From NCBI GenBank assembly GCA_963765675.1, contig CAVXXK010000006.1, positions 256,001-320,000 of the forward strand: a stretch of DNA of 64,000 nucleotides, given 5' to 3'. Shown piece by piece: positions 1-10,298 of the stretch (the first letter of the stretch is position 1; every line of letters begins with the position of its first letter). The notes beneath the pieces were generated by a model. That model saw only the letters and a list, made by a program, of their open reading frames with translations. It did no database searches and was not told the DNA's origin. The DNA is from an uncultured delta proteobacterium (GTDB lineage: Bacteria > Desulfobacterota > Binatia > Binatales > Binataceae). The position numbers were made by a program, and so were the translations under genes.

Positions 1-15
1 CGAAGGCCGCCAGCC

Positions 16-699
16 TCAGAGCAGGGCGATTCCGACGAAGGTTTTGAAAAACTTGTGGGTTTCGGACGAGGCGTACGGCTCCATCTTGAGCTCCAGGCGC
101 ATGCGGTAAAACCCGTCCGGCATCGCGGCGTCGGGCGGCGGATTGTCCGCCCATACCGCGCTCTTGGCGGCGTCGACGAAGGTCCGATCGACGATTCCCT
201 TGCCGCTGTGTTGTTCCACCACTATTTCCTTGAGCTTGCCGCTCGGGTCGAGCGTGGCGGTCAGCACGACGGGTTGCAGATCGGAGGGCAGACTAGCGTG
301 TCCGATATTGCCGTTCGCTTCCTGCAGATAGACCGCCTGCCACAGGCGATCGACCAGCACGCCCGAGAAGCTTGCGAACTTCGCCGCCTTGGGATTTTGC
401 AGCTTCTCGATACCCGGAGACTGGTCCGGACCAACATGGCGGACGGTGCCCGGCGCTTCTTCGCTCGCGCGGACCGAGCCGGGAGCATTGTAAACGTGAG
501 TAGCGGCAAACGCGGCCGACGGATCCATGATCGGGTTGATCGGCTGAGTCGACAGCGTGGAAAGATCGTTGACGAAATGCGGGGTTGAAACCGCCCCGGG
601 CTCTTCCGTATCAGGCGGGTTGAACAGACTGCATCCCACGAGCGCGGCCGCGAGCGCGTAGCTGAGTAAAGCGCACACCAGAATCCTTGGTAGTCTCAC
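16..699 (-). CDS. Lipoprotein with C-terminal TonB_C-like domain
   Basis: Signal peptide with lipobox ALVG-C. C-terminal VVLTATLDPSGKLKEIVVEQHSG..VDRTFVDAAKSA resembles the TonB C-terminal pattern. Start overlaps the upstream stop by 4 bp. Confidence 0.55.
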   Translation of the reverse strand: MRLPRILVCALLSYALAAALVGCSLFNPPDTEEPGAVSTPHFVNDLSTLSTQPINPIMDPSAAFAATHVYNAPGSVRASEEAPGTVRHVGPDQSPGIEKLQNPKAAKFASFSGVLVDRLWQAVYLQEANGNIGHASLPSDLQPVVLTATLDPSGKLKEIVVEQHSGKGIVDRTFVDAAKSAVWADNPPPDAAMPDGFYRMRLELKMEPYASSETHKFFKTFVGIALL

Positions 700-2204
700 T
701 TGTCCTTCGCCTGCGCCGCATCGAGCGCCAAAATCCGCTGCCGCGCACTATTGTAGTCGCTCGCGAAGGCGTCGAAAAGTTCCTCGCCGAATTTGCGCTC
801 GTCGCTGCGCACCGCTTCGTTGTGCTGGTCGGCAATCTTGTCGCCCACCTTGGCCAGGAACTCGAGCGTCGGCGAGTATTCGAATTGACCGGTGAACCCA
901 AGGGTGTAGCGGTCGAGTCCCTCACCTGTGCGGCGCGACGCGAAGGTCGAGGTCAGTCCGCCGTTTCCCTGGGCCAGCACGCGCAGGAACTCGCCCGCGA
1001 TCAGGTCGATCACCTTATGGATACCCGGCGGTGCGATCAGCTCGGGCACTTCGTTCATCGTGTTGATCGCGACTATCGAGTCGCCGTCGCGCCGGTAGTC
1101 GGTCGTGAAGCCGACTTTTTCCAGCCCGAAGACCATTCCCAGCCGGTACACACGCACAGAAGCCTCAGTCCGGTAGCTGCCGTGCTCGACGCTCTGGATC
1201 GCGACGCTTTCCCCGGCAGGGCGATAGTTCTTGTCGAACGGGGCGAGCAGGCCGTTTCGGTCCATGAAGATCAGGTGCATCCGTCCGCGATCGAACCGCG
1301 AGATCATCCAATAATTTCCCGCCGCATCCTGGATCGCCGACTCGGCCACCAGCACCGGCGCGACCTTGCGATAGAAATCATAAAGATGCGGATACGCCTT
1401 CAGCGCGTCCATCCGGACCTCAACGTCGGCATTGAACAGCACGGTCGGACCGCCCGCGTCGTCGAACTCGTCGAGCACGTTGTGAAAGATGAGATAGTGA
1501 TCGAGCTTGGCGGCGAACGCCGGCATCTCGCGATGAAACCGCGCCAGCGCGGCGCGATCATGATGATTGAATTCGCCCGGCGCGGTGTCCCACGGCGCTT
1601 TCAGATCGCCATGAATCTGCCGGAGGCCGTCCGCCGCCAGATCGACGACCGCGCTCGCGGGATAGGTGTCCATCAACAGCTCGCCGGCGAGCAGTCCGAC
1701 GACGCTCGAGGTCCCGGTATCTGGCGTGGGAACCGGCGTGATCGTGAACTGGCCGGCCATGTGCTGAGGAGCTTCGGGGCTCACGTACTTGTCCGTCAGC
1801 TTGTAGAGGTACTCGCCCGATTTCGGGCCACCCGAGACGGCAATCTGATGCGCTCCGTTCTTGAGCGATTGCCACGGAATATCCGGCTGGGAGTAAAGTG
1901 CGGAGGCGCGGATCAGAGTCGATTCGCGCGGTGGCATCTTTTCGACCAGCTTGGTCAGCGCGTCGTCCAGCTCGGGATGAAACGAGATCGCGCGCTGGAA
2001 GGTGAGCTGACGATCGAAGATCAGGATCGCACGCGCCGCGCGGTCCGGTCCGGGCGATGCAAGCTCGATGATCGGTGCGAAGATCGTCTCACTGTCGGGC
2101 GCAAACCCCGGCGCGACTGCGGGAAGCGTCGGCGCTGGTTTGGCGGACGATTGCGCAGTGCCTTCGGCACGTACAAGGCTGGAAAACGCCAGTATCGCCA
2201 GCAT
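696..2204 (-). CDS. Hypothetical exported protein (~500 aa)
   Basis: 3' part of ORF 696..3224. Signal-like MLAILAFSSLVRA from ATG 2204 (start could be ~2240). The part of the ORF further upstream is antisense to rpmE/prfA. Confidence 0.7.
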   Translation of the reverse strand: MLAILAFSSLVRAEGTAQSSAKPAPTLPAVAPGFAPDSETIFAPIIELASPGPDRAARAILIFDRQLTFQRAISFHPELDDALTKLVEKMPPRESTLIRASALYSQPDIPWQSLKNGAHQIAVSGGPKSGEYLYKLTDKYVSPEAPQHMAGQFTITPVPTPDTGTSSVVGLLAGELLMDTYPASAVVDLAADGLRQIHGDLKAPWDTAPGEFNHHDRAALARFHREMPAFAAKLDHYLIFHNVLDEFDDAGGPTVLFNADVEVRMDALKAYPHLYDFYRKVAPVLVAESAIQDAAGNYWMISRFDRGRMHLIFMDRNGLLAPFDKNYRPAGESVAIQSVEHGSYRTEASVRVYRLGMVFGLEKVGFTTDYRRDGDSIVAINTMNEVPELIAPPGIHKVIDLIAGEFLRVLAQGNGGLTSTFASRRTGEGLDRYTLGFTGQFEYSPTLEFLAKVGDKIADQHNEAVRSDERKFGEELFDAFASDYNSARQRILALDAAQAKDK

Positions 2205-2324
2205 TGCGGCGATCGAAATCGTGGTTAAGTTACGTCGCAGGAAGGTACAAGAGCTGCGAATTGTGTGCGATCGCAGTGGATGATATTCTCTCAAGTAAGA
2301 GACTGGACCGCGAGAGTTGAACAA

Positions 2325-2525
2325 ATGAAAGCCGCAATCCATCCCGTATACCGTCGCTGCGTGGTTACCTGCGCCTGCGGCAACACGTTTGAGACCCGCT
2401 CGACGGTGGGAGAACTCCACGTCGAAGTCTGTTCCAAGTGCCATCCGTTCTACACCGGACAGCAGCGCCTGGTCGATACCGCTGGCCGCGTCGAGCGGTT
2501 CAAGCGCAGGTATGGAATGAAGTAG
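2325..2525 (+). CDS. rpmE: 50S ribosomal protein L31 (Zn-binding type)
   Basis: [38 protein letters not shown], with CxC and CxxC intact. Confidence 0.97.
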   Translation: MKAAIHPVYRRCVVTCACGNTFETRSTVGELHVEVCSKCHPFYTGQQRLVDTAGRVERFKRRYGMK

Positions 2526-2602
2526 CATAGTAACTCCCGCCGCCCGAGGTTGCGGTCCGTAAAAGGATCGCAGCACCTGCGGGTGCGCGGGGGATTGGTC
2601 TT

Positions 2603-2634
2603 GCGGCGGGATGGTTCCCGCCGCGTTTGTTTTT
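2603..2634 (+). terminator. Intrinsic terminator-like hairpin between rpmE and prfA
   Basis: Perfect 9-bp stem GCGGCGGGA-TGGT-TCCCGCCGC followed by GTTTGTTTTT. Confidence 0.65.
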
Positions 2635-2684
2635 GGGGCCCGGGATTTCCCGAGGGGGACGGACGCACAGTCGCCCGGACGGCA

Positions 2685-3746
<1,062 letters not shown>

Positions 3747-3754
3747 GAATACCG

Positions 3755-4639
3755 ATGGCGCCCCGGAACTACGCCGAAGACCGCCGCGCTCATGTCGTGC
3801 GTATGCTCGAGGCTGCCACTGCGCGCTTGACGCACGCGGGCGTAGAATCTGCACGCTTGGATGCTGAGTTGATTCTCGCGCGAGCCATGGACACGAATCG
3901 CAGTGCAGTTGTCTCCGCGCCGATCGAGATTTCCGCAGCCGCAGCCGAGCGCTTTGAGGCGATGCTCTCGCGGCGTGCGGCGCGCGAGCCGCTCGCCTAT
4001 ATTCTCGGTTCAAAAGAATTCTACTCGCTCGAATTCGAGGTCACGCCCGCCGTGCTGATCCCGCGTCCGGAGACCGAGTTCCTGGTTGCCACCGCGCTGG
4101 AATTCGCGGCGCAGCATTCCGGCATTCGCGTGCTTGATATAGGTACCGGTTCGGGCGCGATTGCGATTTCGATCGCGCTCAACGCACCAAGCGCGATCGT
4201 CGTCGCGGCGGATATCGAGCAGGAGGCGCTCGGTGTCGCGCGGCGCAACGTCGCGCGGCATCATGCAGAGGATCGCGTCGAGCTGCGGCTCGCGGACATT
4301 TTCGAGCCTCTCGACGGGCTCGCTGCTCTTGGGAACTTCGATCTGATCGTCTCCAATCCGCCCTATGTCGAAGTCTCAGCGATCGATTCGCTCGCGCCCG
4401 AAGTCCGCGAGTTTGAGCCTCCCGCCGCGCTCTTCACCGGTGCGGGAGCGCTCGAATGCTACATGAGGATTGCCGCCGGCGCGTGCGAGCATCTGAATCG
4501 CGGCGGTGTGCTGATGGTCGAGGTTGGAGCGGGGCAGGCGGAGGCGGTTGGCGCGCTCTTTCGCGAGGCGGGATTGCACCTTACGGGTGTGATAAACGAT
4601 CTGGCCGGGATCGCCCGCGTCGTGACGGCGCGAGTCTGA
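3755..4639 (+). CDS. prmC: Release factor glutamine methyltransferase
   Basis: VLIPRPETE, LDIGTGSGAIA, VSNPPY motifs. Directly after prfA. Confidence 0.95.
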   Translation: MAPRNYAEDRRAHVVRMLEAATARLTHAGVESARLDAELILARAMDTNRSAVVSAPIEISAAAAERFEAMLSRRAAREPLAYILGSKEFYSLEFEVTPAVLIPRPETEFLVATALEFAAQHSGIRVLDIGTGSGAIAISIALNAPSAIVVAADIEQEALGVARRNVARHHAEDRVELRLADIFEPLDGLAALGNFDLIVSNPPYVEVSAIDSLAPEVREFEPPAALFTGAGALECYMRIAAGACEHLNRGGVLMVEVGAGQAEAVGALFREAGLHLTGVINDLAGIARVVTARV

Positions 4640-4646
4640 ATTTCAA

Positions 4647-5906
4647 ATGGACAAGATGATCATTCGCGGCGGAAAGCCGCTGCGCGGCACCGTGTCGGTG
4701 AGCGGCAGCAAGAATACCGCACTGCCGATTTTGATTGCGTCGCTGCTCACCGACGAGCCGGTGAAGCTCTACAACGTGCCGCGCCTGCGCGATGTTACTA
4801 CGACGCTGGGCCTGCTCGGCGATCTCGGCGCCGAAGCGCGATGGACCGGCGACAACGAGGTCGAGGTCTGCGCGAAGAAGATCACCTCGCACGTCGCGCC
4901 GTATGAGCTGGTCAAGACGATGCGCGCGTCGTTCCTGGTGCTGGGTCCGCTGCTCGCGCGCGAGGGCAGGGCGCGCGTATCGACTCCGGGAGGATGCGCG
5001 ATCGGCGCGCGGCCGGTGAATCTGCATATCACGGGAATCCGCGCGCTCGGCGCGAAGGTTCAGTTCCGCAACGGCTATGTCGAGGCGCATGCGCGGCGGC
5101 TCGTGGGCGCGCGTATCTGGCTCGACAATCCGTCGGTCGGCGCGACCGAGAACATCATGATGGCCGCAGTCCGCGCGCGCGGGCATAGCCAGATAGAAAA
5201 TGCCGCCCGCGAGCCGGAGATTATCGATCTCGCCGCGATGCTCTCGGCGATGGGCGCGAAGATCTCCGGCGCGGGCACCCACGTGATTGAAATTGATGGC
5301 GTCGAGCGTCTGCACGGCGTCGAGCACGAGGTTGTTCCCGACCGAATCGAGGCGGGCTCGCTGATGGTCGCGGCCGCAATAACTGGCGGCGACGTGATTA
5401 TCAACAATGCGCCGCTGGCGCATCTGGAAGCGGTCACCGCCAAGCTGATCGAGGCCGGGGTCGAGATCACCCCCGATAACGGCTCTGTCCGCGTGCGCCG
5501 CAACGGCAAGCTCAATCCGGTCGAGCTGCGCACGCTGCCCTATCCCGGTTTTCCGACCGACCTGCAGGCGCAGATGATGGCGCTTTTGACGCAAGCCTCG
5601 GGCACTTCGGTTATCACCGAAACAATTTTCGAGAACCGCTTTATGCACGCGCTCGAACTGATCCGGATGGGCGGCGATATCCTGATGAAGGGCGCGACCG
5701 CCGTCGTTCGCGGCCCGACGAAGCTGCAGGGTGCTCCGGTGATGGCGACCGATCTGCGCGCGAGCATGAGCCTGATCCTCGCGGGTCTCGCCGCCGAACG
5801 TAGCACCGAGATTGGCCGCGTGTATCATCTCGACCGCGGATACGAAGCGCTCGATGCGAAGCTCTCGGCGCTGGGCGCGCGGATCGAACGGGTCAAAGAG
5901 TCCTGA
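4647..5906 (+). CDS. murA: UDP-N-acetylglucosamine 1-carboxyvinyltransferase
   Basis: SGSKNTALP, MRASFLVLGPLL, PGGCAIGARP (catalytic Cys), PYPGFPTDLQ, TDLRA, HLDRGYE. Confidence 0.97.
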   Translation: MDKMIIRGGKPLRGTVSVSGSKNTALPILIASLLTDEPVKLYNVPRLRDVTTTLGLLGDLGAEARWTGDNEVEVCAKKITSHVAPYELVKTMRASFLVLGPLLAREGRARVSTPGGCAIGARPVNLHITGIRALGAKVQFRNGYVEAHARRLVGARIWLDNPSVGATENIMMAAVRARGHSQIENAAREPEIIDLAAMLSAMGAKISGAGTHVIEIDGVERLHGVEHEVVPDRIEAGSLMVAAAITGGDVIINNAPLAHLEAVTAKLIEAGVEITPDNGSVRVRRNGKLNPVELRTLPYPGFPTDLQAQMMALLTQASGTSVITETIFENRFMHALELIRMGGDILMKGATAVVRGPTKLQGAPVMATDLRASMSLILAGLAAERSTEIGRVYHLDRGYEALDAKLSALGARIERVKES

Positions 5907-7219
5907 TGAAGCTCCGAATTCTCAAGTCCGGCACGCCGGCGATGCGCCGGTTCGTGGCGATGATAGTCGCGCGGCGCGGCGGCGCCGATGATGCAAAGAT
6001 CAATGACGCGGTCGCAAAGATCATCGTTGACGTTCGGCGCCGCGGCGATCGCGCCCTGTTCGACTACACCCAAAAATTCGATCGCGTGAAGCTGACGCCG
6101 CGCACGCTGCGCGTCACCGCCGCGGAGCTGGCATCCGCGCCGAAAAAGATTCCGGCGCGCGATCGGCGCGCGCTGGAACTCGCCGCGCGGCGAATCGCGC
6201 GGTTCCATCGCGAGACGCTCGAGCGTCCGTTCGCCTTCATCGACGACCTTGGGATGCGCCTGGGACAGCTCGTGCGCCCCTTGCGCCGCGTAGGCCTGTA
6301 CGTGCCGGGCGGGATGGGCGCGTATCCGTCCTCGGTGCTGATGAACGCGATTCCGGCGCGCGTCGCCGGCGTCGAGGAGATCGTGATGGTGGCGCCGCCC
6401 TCGCGCGAGGGCGAACGTGACGCGGTGATGGCGGCGGCGGCGATCGCGGGAGTGACGGAATATTACCGCGTCGGCGGAGCGCAGGCGGTCGCCGCGCTGG
6501 CCTACGGCACCAAATCGATTCGCGCGGTCGACAAGATCGTCGGTCCCGGAAATGCCTACGTGCAGGCCGCCAAGCGGATGGTCTATGGAGTCACCGATAT
6601 CGACAAGATGGCGGGGCCGAGCGAAGTGCTGGTGATCGCCGATTCAAGCGCGCGCGCTGACTGGATCGCCGCCGATCTGATCGCGCAGGCCGAGCATGGC
6701 TCGGGCGACGAATCCGCAATTCTGCTGACGTCCTCGGCTCGCGTCGCACGGGAGGTCGAGCGCGCGCTCGAATCTGCGCTCGCCACGCTGCCGCGTGCGG
6801 TGGCTGTGCGCCGCGTGCTCGATCGCCGCGGCGCGGTGATTATTGTCAAGGACCTGGAAGAGGCGTTCGCGCTGTCGAACGAAATCGGGCCGGAGCATCT
6901 GGAGTTGGAGATTCGTAATCCGCGCCGATGGCTCGCAAAAGTTCGCGCCGCTGGTGCGGTTTTCTTAGGTGCGATGAGCCCGGCACCCCTTGGCGACTAT
7001 CTTGCGGGGCCGAATCACGTGCTGCCCACCGGCGGGTCGGCGCGCTTCGCCTCGCCCTTGGGCGCATACGATTTCCTCAAGCGAACCAGTATAATCGAGG
7101 CCTCGCCGCGCGCGGCGCGGGAGTTGGGTCCGTCGGTCGCGCATCTGGCGCGGATGGAAGGATTTGAGGGGCATGCGCGCGCGATGGAGCTGCGCAGCCG
7201 GGGAAATCACGATGGCTGA
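5906..7219 (+). CDS. hisD: Histidinol dehydrogenase
   Basis: GLYVPGG..YPSSVLM, GPGNAYV, AGPSEVLVIAD, QAEH, PEHLE, GDYLAGPNHVLPT. Confidence 0.96.
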   Translation: MKLRILKSGTPAMRRFVAMIVARRGGADDAKINDAVAKIIVDVRRRGDRALFDYTQKFDRVKLTPRTLRVTAAELASAPKKIPARDRRALELAARRIARFHRETLERPFAFIDDLGMRLGQLVRPLRRVGLYVPGGMGAYPSSVLMNAIPARVAGVEEIVMVAPPSREGERDAVMAAAAIAGVTEYYRVGGAQAVAALAYGTKSIRAVDKIVGPGNAYVQAAKRMVYGVTDIDKMAGPSEVLVIADSSARADWIAADLIAQAEHGSGDESAILLTSSARVAREVERALESALATLPRAVAVRRVLDRRGAVIIVKDLEEAFALSNEIGPEHLELEIRNPRRWLAKVRAAGAVFLGAMSPAPLGDYLAGPNHVLPTGGSARFASPLGAYDFLKRTSIIEASPRAARELGPSVAHLARMEGFEGHARAMELRSRGNHDG

Positions 7220-7898
7220 AACGAAGAATCGCAAACGAAAGCCTTTGGCGTCTCGCGCCAGTAACGGAACCAGCCGCGCGGTCGTCAGCGTCACGGGCGA
7301 CGCGCCCCGGCGTTCCGCCGAGATCGAGCGCAAGACTCGCGAGACGCAGATCGCGCTCGCGCTCAAGCTCGACGGCTCGGGACGAGGCGAGGTTTCCACC
7401 GGAGTGCCGTTCCTCGACCATATGCTGGAGAGCTTTGCACGCCACGGCTTCTTCGACCTCAAGATTGGCGCTCATGGCGATATCGAGATTGATGAGCATC
7501 ACACGGTCGAGGACGTCGGGATCGTGCTCGGGCGCGCGTTTCGCCAGGCGCTTGGCGATCGCGCCGGAATCCGCCGCTTCGGCGAGGCAACGGTCCCGCT
7601 CGATGAGGCGCTGGTCACCGCAGTGGTCGATATCAGCGGGCGCGCCTACCTGGGCTACGACGTCACGATCACGCAAGAGCGCGTCGGGAATTTCCAGACC
7701 GAGCTGGTCCACGATTTCATGAAGGCGCTCAGCGACGAGACCGGGATGAACCTGCATCTGCGGATGCATTCCGGGCGCAATCCGCATCATATCGTCGAGG
7801 CGACGTTCAAGGCTCTCGCGCGCGCGATGGACTCGGCGACCACGCTGGAGCCGCGAGTCGTCGGAGCGTTATCGACCAAGGGCACGCTCGCTTCCTGA
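7212..7898 (+). CDS. hisB: Imidazoleglycerol-phosphate dehydratase (monofunctional)
   Basis: RKTRETQI, FLDHML, DEHHTVEDVG, NPHHIVEATFKA. Basic N-terminal extension. Confidence 0.95.
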   Translation: MAETKNRKRKPLASRASNGTSRAVVSVTGDAPRRSAEIERKTRETQIALALKLDGSGRGEVSTGVPFLDHMLESFARHGFFDLKIGAHGDIEIDEHHTVEDVGIVLGRAFRQALGDRAGIRRFGEATVPLDEALVTAVVDISGRAYLGYDVTITQERVGNFQTELVHDFMKALSDETGMNLHLRMHSGRNPHHIVEATFKALARAMDSATTLEPRVVGALSTKGTLAS

Positions 7899-7901
7899 GC
7901 G

Positions 7902-8636
7902 ATGTTCGAAAAGTTCACCGTCATTCCCGCGATCGATCTGAAGGGCGGCGAAGTCGTGCGCCTGCTCCGCGGCGACATGGCGCGCGCGACCGTGTACGGC
8001 GCCGATCCGGCGGCGGTGGCGCGCAAGTTTGAGGAGCAGGGCGCCGAGCTGATTCATATCGTCGATCTCGACGGCGCCATCGCCGGAGCGCCCCGCAACC
8101 TGCCAGCGATCAAGCGAATCCGCGCGGCCGTGCGCTGCGCGATCGACGTGAGCGGAGGGCTCCGCACGATCGAAGCTATTCGCGCCGCGATCTCCTCGGG
8201 GGCCGACCGCGTGTCGATCGGCTCGGCGGCATTCCTCAACCCGGGCTTGATCCGCGATGCGTGCGCGGAGTTCCCCGGGCGCATCTTCGGCTCGCTTGAT
8301 ATCCGCGACGGCAAGCTCGCGATCAAAGGATGGGTCGAAACGAGCGAGCTTAGCGTCGAGCGCGCCTGCGCGATCTTCAGGGACGGCGGCGTCTCGGCGC
8401 TGACCGTCACCGATATCGCGCGCGATGGCGCGGAGACCGGCGTCGACGCGGCCAGGATGGCTGCGCTAGCCCGTCAGGCAGGACTACACATTATCGCGTC
8501 AGGTGGAGTCGCCTCCCTCGCGGACCTGCGAGGGCTGGCTGATCGCTTCGGCGACGGTGTAGTCGGAGCGATCGTCGGTCGAGCGCTCTACGAAGGACGC
8601 TTCGATCTGTCCGCCGCGCTCGCGATCGTTCGCTGA
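7902..8636 (+). CDS. hisA: ProFAR isomerase
   Basis: IPAIDLKGGEVVRL, HIVDLDGA, TDIARDG, IASGGV, GRALYEG. Confidence 0.95.
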   Translation: MFEKFTVIPAIDLKGGEVVRLLRGDMARATVYGADPAAVARKFEEQGAELIHIVDLDGAIAGAPRNLPAIKRIRAAVRCAIDVSGGLRTIEAIRAAISSGADRVSIGSAAFLNPGLIRDACAEFPGRIFGSLDIRDGKLAIKGWVETSELSVERACAIFRDGGVSALTVTDIARDGAETGVDAARMAALARQAGLHIIASGGVASLADLRGLADRFGDGVVGAIVGRALYEGRFDLSAALAIVR

Positions 8637-8841
8637 TCTCCTGCTTCAAACGACAGCCTCGGGCTTATGATCTCAACTCGAGACCGGTCCTGCAGGAAAC
8701 TCTAAAGTTTCATTCTATTCAGGTACTTAAGCTCGTTTCGCGCGTTTTGCGATTCCCTATTGATCGCCAATTCGACACACGAATAGGATTGTTTTAGCTA
8801 TCTATAAGACCTACAGAACTATAAAACACAAAAGTAAACTA

Positions 8842-8868
8842 TTGACATATCTCTGACGCTTCTAGAAT
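8842..8868 (+). promoter_or_regulatory. Candidate sigma70 promoter for the flp pilin gene
   Basis: TTGACA at 8842 and TAGAAT at 8863 (15-nt spacer, suboptimal) within an AT-rich intergenic region. Confidence 0.4.
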
Positions 8869-9015
8869 ATATTTACACATTCAAGCAGAGCGTAGCACCA
8901 GTAACACGTCGATTAGCTGTTTCAACTGACCGGAATGCTCAATTGATTTCGGTCATATGGCGTGGAGAATCCGACCCCTCGAAACGAAATCGTGAGTACC
9001 CGGAGGGCAACGTTA

Positions 9016-9186
9016 ATGGACTTCATTAGGAGCCTCTATGTTCGAATTTCTGAGAGATCCCGCGGGCAGACGGCGAGCGAATATGCCCTGATTGTGGCGG
9101 TTCTCTCGATCGTGGTCTACGGAAACCTCAAGTCGATAGGCACGACGGTGCATGGCTTGATCAGCAACGTGGTGGCGTTGCTTTAG
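9016..9186 (+). CDS. flp: Flp/Fap family pilin
   Basis: 56 aa, RG|QTASEYALIVAVLSIVV prepilin motif (G-x-T-x-x-E-Y then hydrophobic helix). GGAGGG RBS at 9002. Confidence 0.85.
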   Translation: MDFIRSLYVRISERSRGQTASEYALIVAVLSIVVYGNLKSIGTTVHGLISNVVALL

Positions 9187-9199
9187 GATTATCGCGGTA

Positions 9200-10208
9200 T
9201 CAAGGGTCAATCGGGCGCAGCTTGACGAAGGGGTTCGCGCACAACGGCGGCCTCTTTCCATCAAAAACCACAAGTATATTTTCGACCGCTAGCGCAGCCA
9301 TCCTTTGGCGCGCCGCATAGCTCGCACTTCCGATATGAGGAGTGATTACGACGTTGTCCAGTCGCAGCAGGGGATCGTCGCGGCGGATCGGCTCGGGATC
9401 CGTCACGTCGAGACCGGCACCAGCCAGATGGCCCGATTTTAGCGCGGACGCCAGCGCGCGCTGATCGACAATACCGCCGCGCGCGGTGTTGATCAGGATC
9501 GCGCCGCGCTTCATCCGCCGAAACTCCGGTGCGCCAATCAGATGGCGCGTAGCCGCGGTGAGCGGAACGTGAAGCGACACGAAGTCCGACTCTGCGAGCA
9601 GCCGATTCATCGTGACGCGCCTCGCGCCTCGCGTCCGTCTTCTCTCCGTGCGCGCGTGGGGATGGCGATCGTGTGACGTAGAGCACGCGCATCTGGAAGC
9701 CCGCCGCCCGCCGAGCTACCGCACGTCCGATAGCGCCCCATCCGACGATCCCGAGCGTCGCGCCAAAGACCTCCGGTCCGAGCAGTACGCGCGGTCCCCA
9801 CGTCTTCCACTTTCCCGCGCGAACCTGCCGGTCACCTTCGGCTATACGCCTCGCCGCCGCGAGCATCAGGGCGAAGGCCAGGTCCGCCGTCGCCTCGGTC
9901 AGGACGCCGGGAGTATGCCCGACCGCGACGCCCGCGCGCGTGGCGGCCTCGAGATCGATATTGTCCACTCCGACCGCAAGGTTGCTCACGACGCGCAGCC
10001 GCGGCGACGCGGCGAGGAGCGCGGCGTCGATTCGGTCGGTCACCATCGTGAGTGCTCCATCAGCCTCGCGAATCCGGCGGCGGAGCTCGCCGTAAGGCGG
10101 CGGCATCGGATGGGGCCACAAGTCAACGCGTGCGTTGCGCCGCAACTCGGCGAGCGCCTCCGGCGCGATCTCTCGGGTGACGAAAACCTTCGGGCGGCGG
10201 TGTTTCAT
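9200..10208 (-). CDS. D-2-hydroxyacid dehydrogenase (glyoxylate reductase/D-glycerate dehydrogenase), frameshifted near 9625
   Basis: N-part [27 protein letters not shown] in ORF 9261..10259. C-part [32 protein letters not shown] in ORF 9200..9610. Confidence 0.85.
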
Positions 10209-10298
10209 TGAGATTTCAGTATGATTCCGGTTATCGCTGGAAGCGGCGAAACTGCGCACGGTTCAAAAGGCCGCGCAGCTTTGCTATACGCGACGGTT

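Noticed and set aside
687-2228. Long + strand ORF (513 aa), and similar long antisense ORFs such as 4581..5828, 10897..12375, 38706..40640 and 60136..62325
   Set aside because: These are shadow ORFs typical of high-GC DNA. They lie opposite better-supported genes and show no motifs.
2536-2591. Resemblance of AGGTTGCGGTCCGTAAAAGGATCGCAGC to SRP RNA domain IV
   Set aside because: It lacks the GNRA/GGAA tetraloop and the symmetric CAGG/AGCA internal loop. Kept only as an unidentified hairpin.
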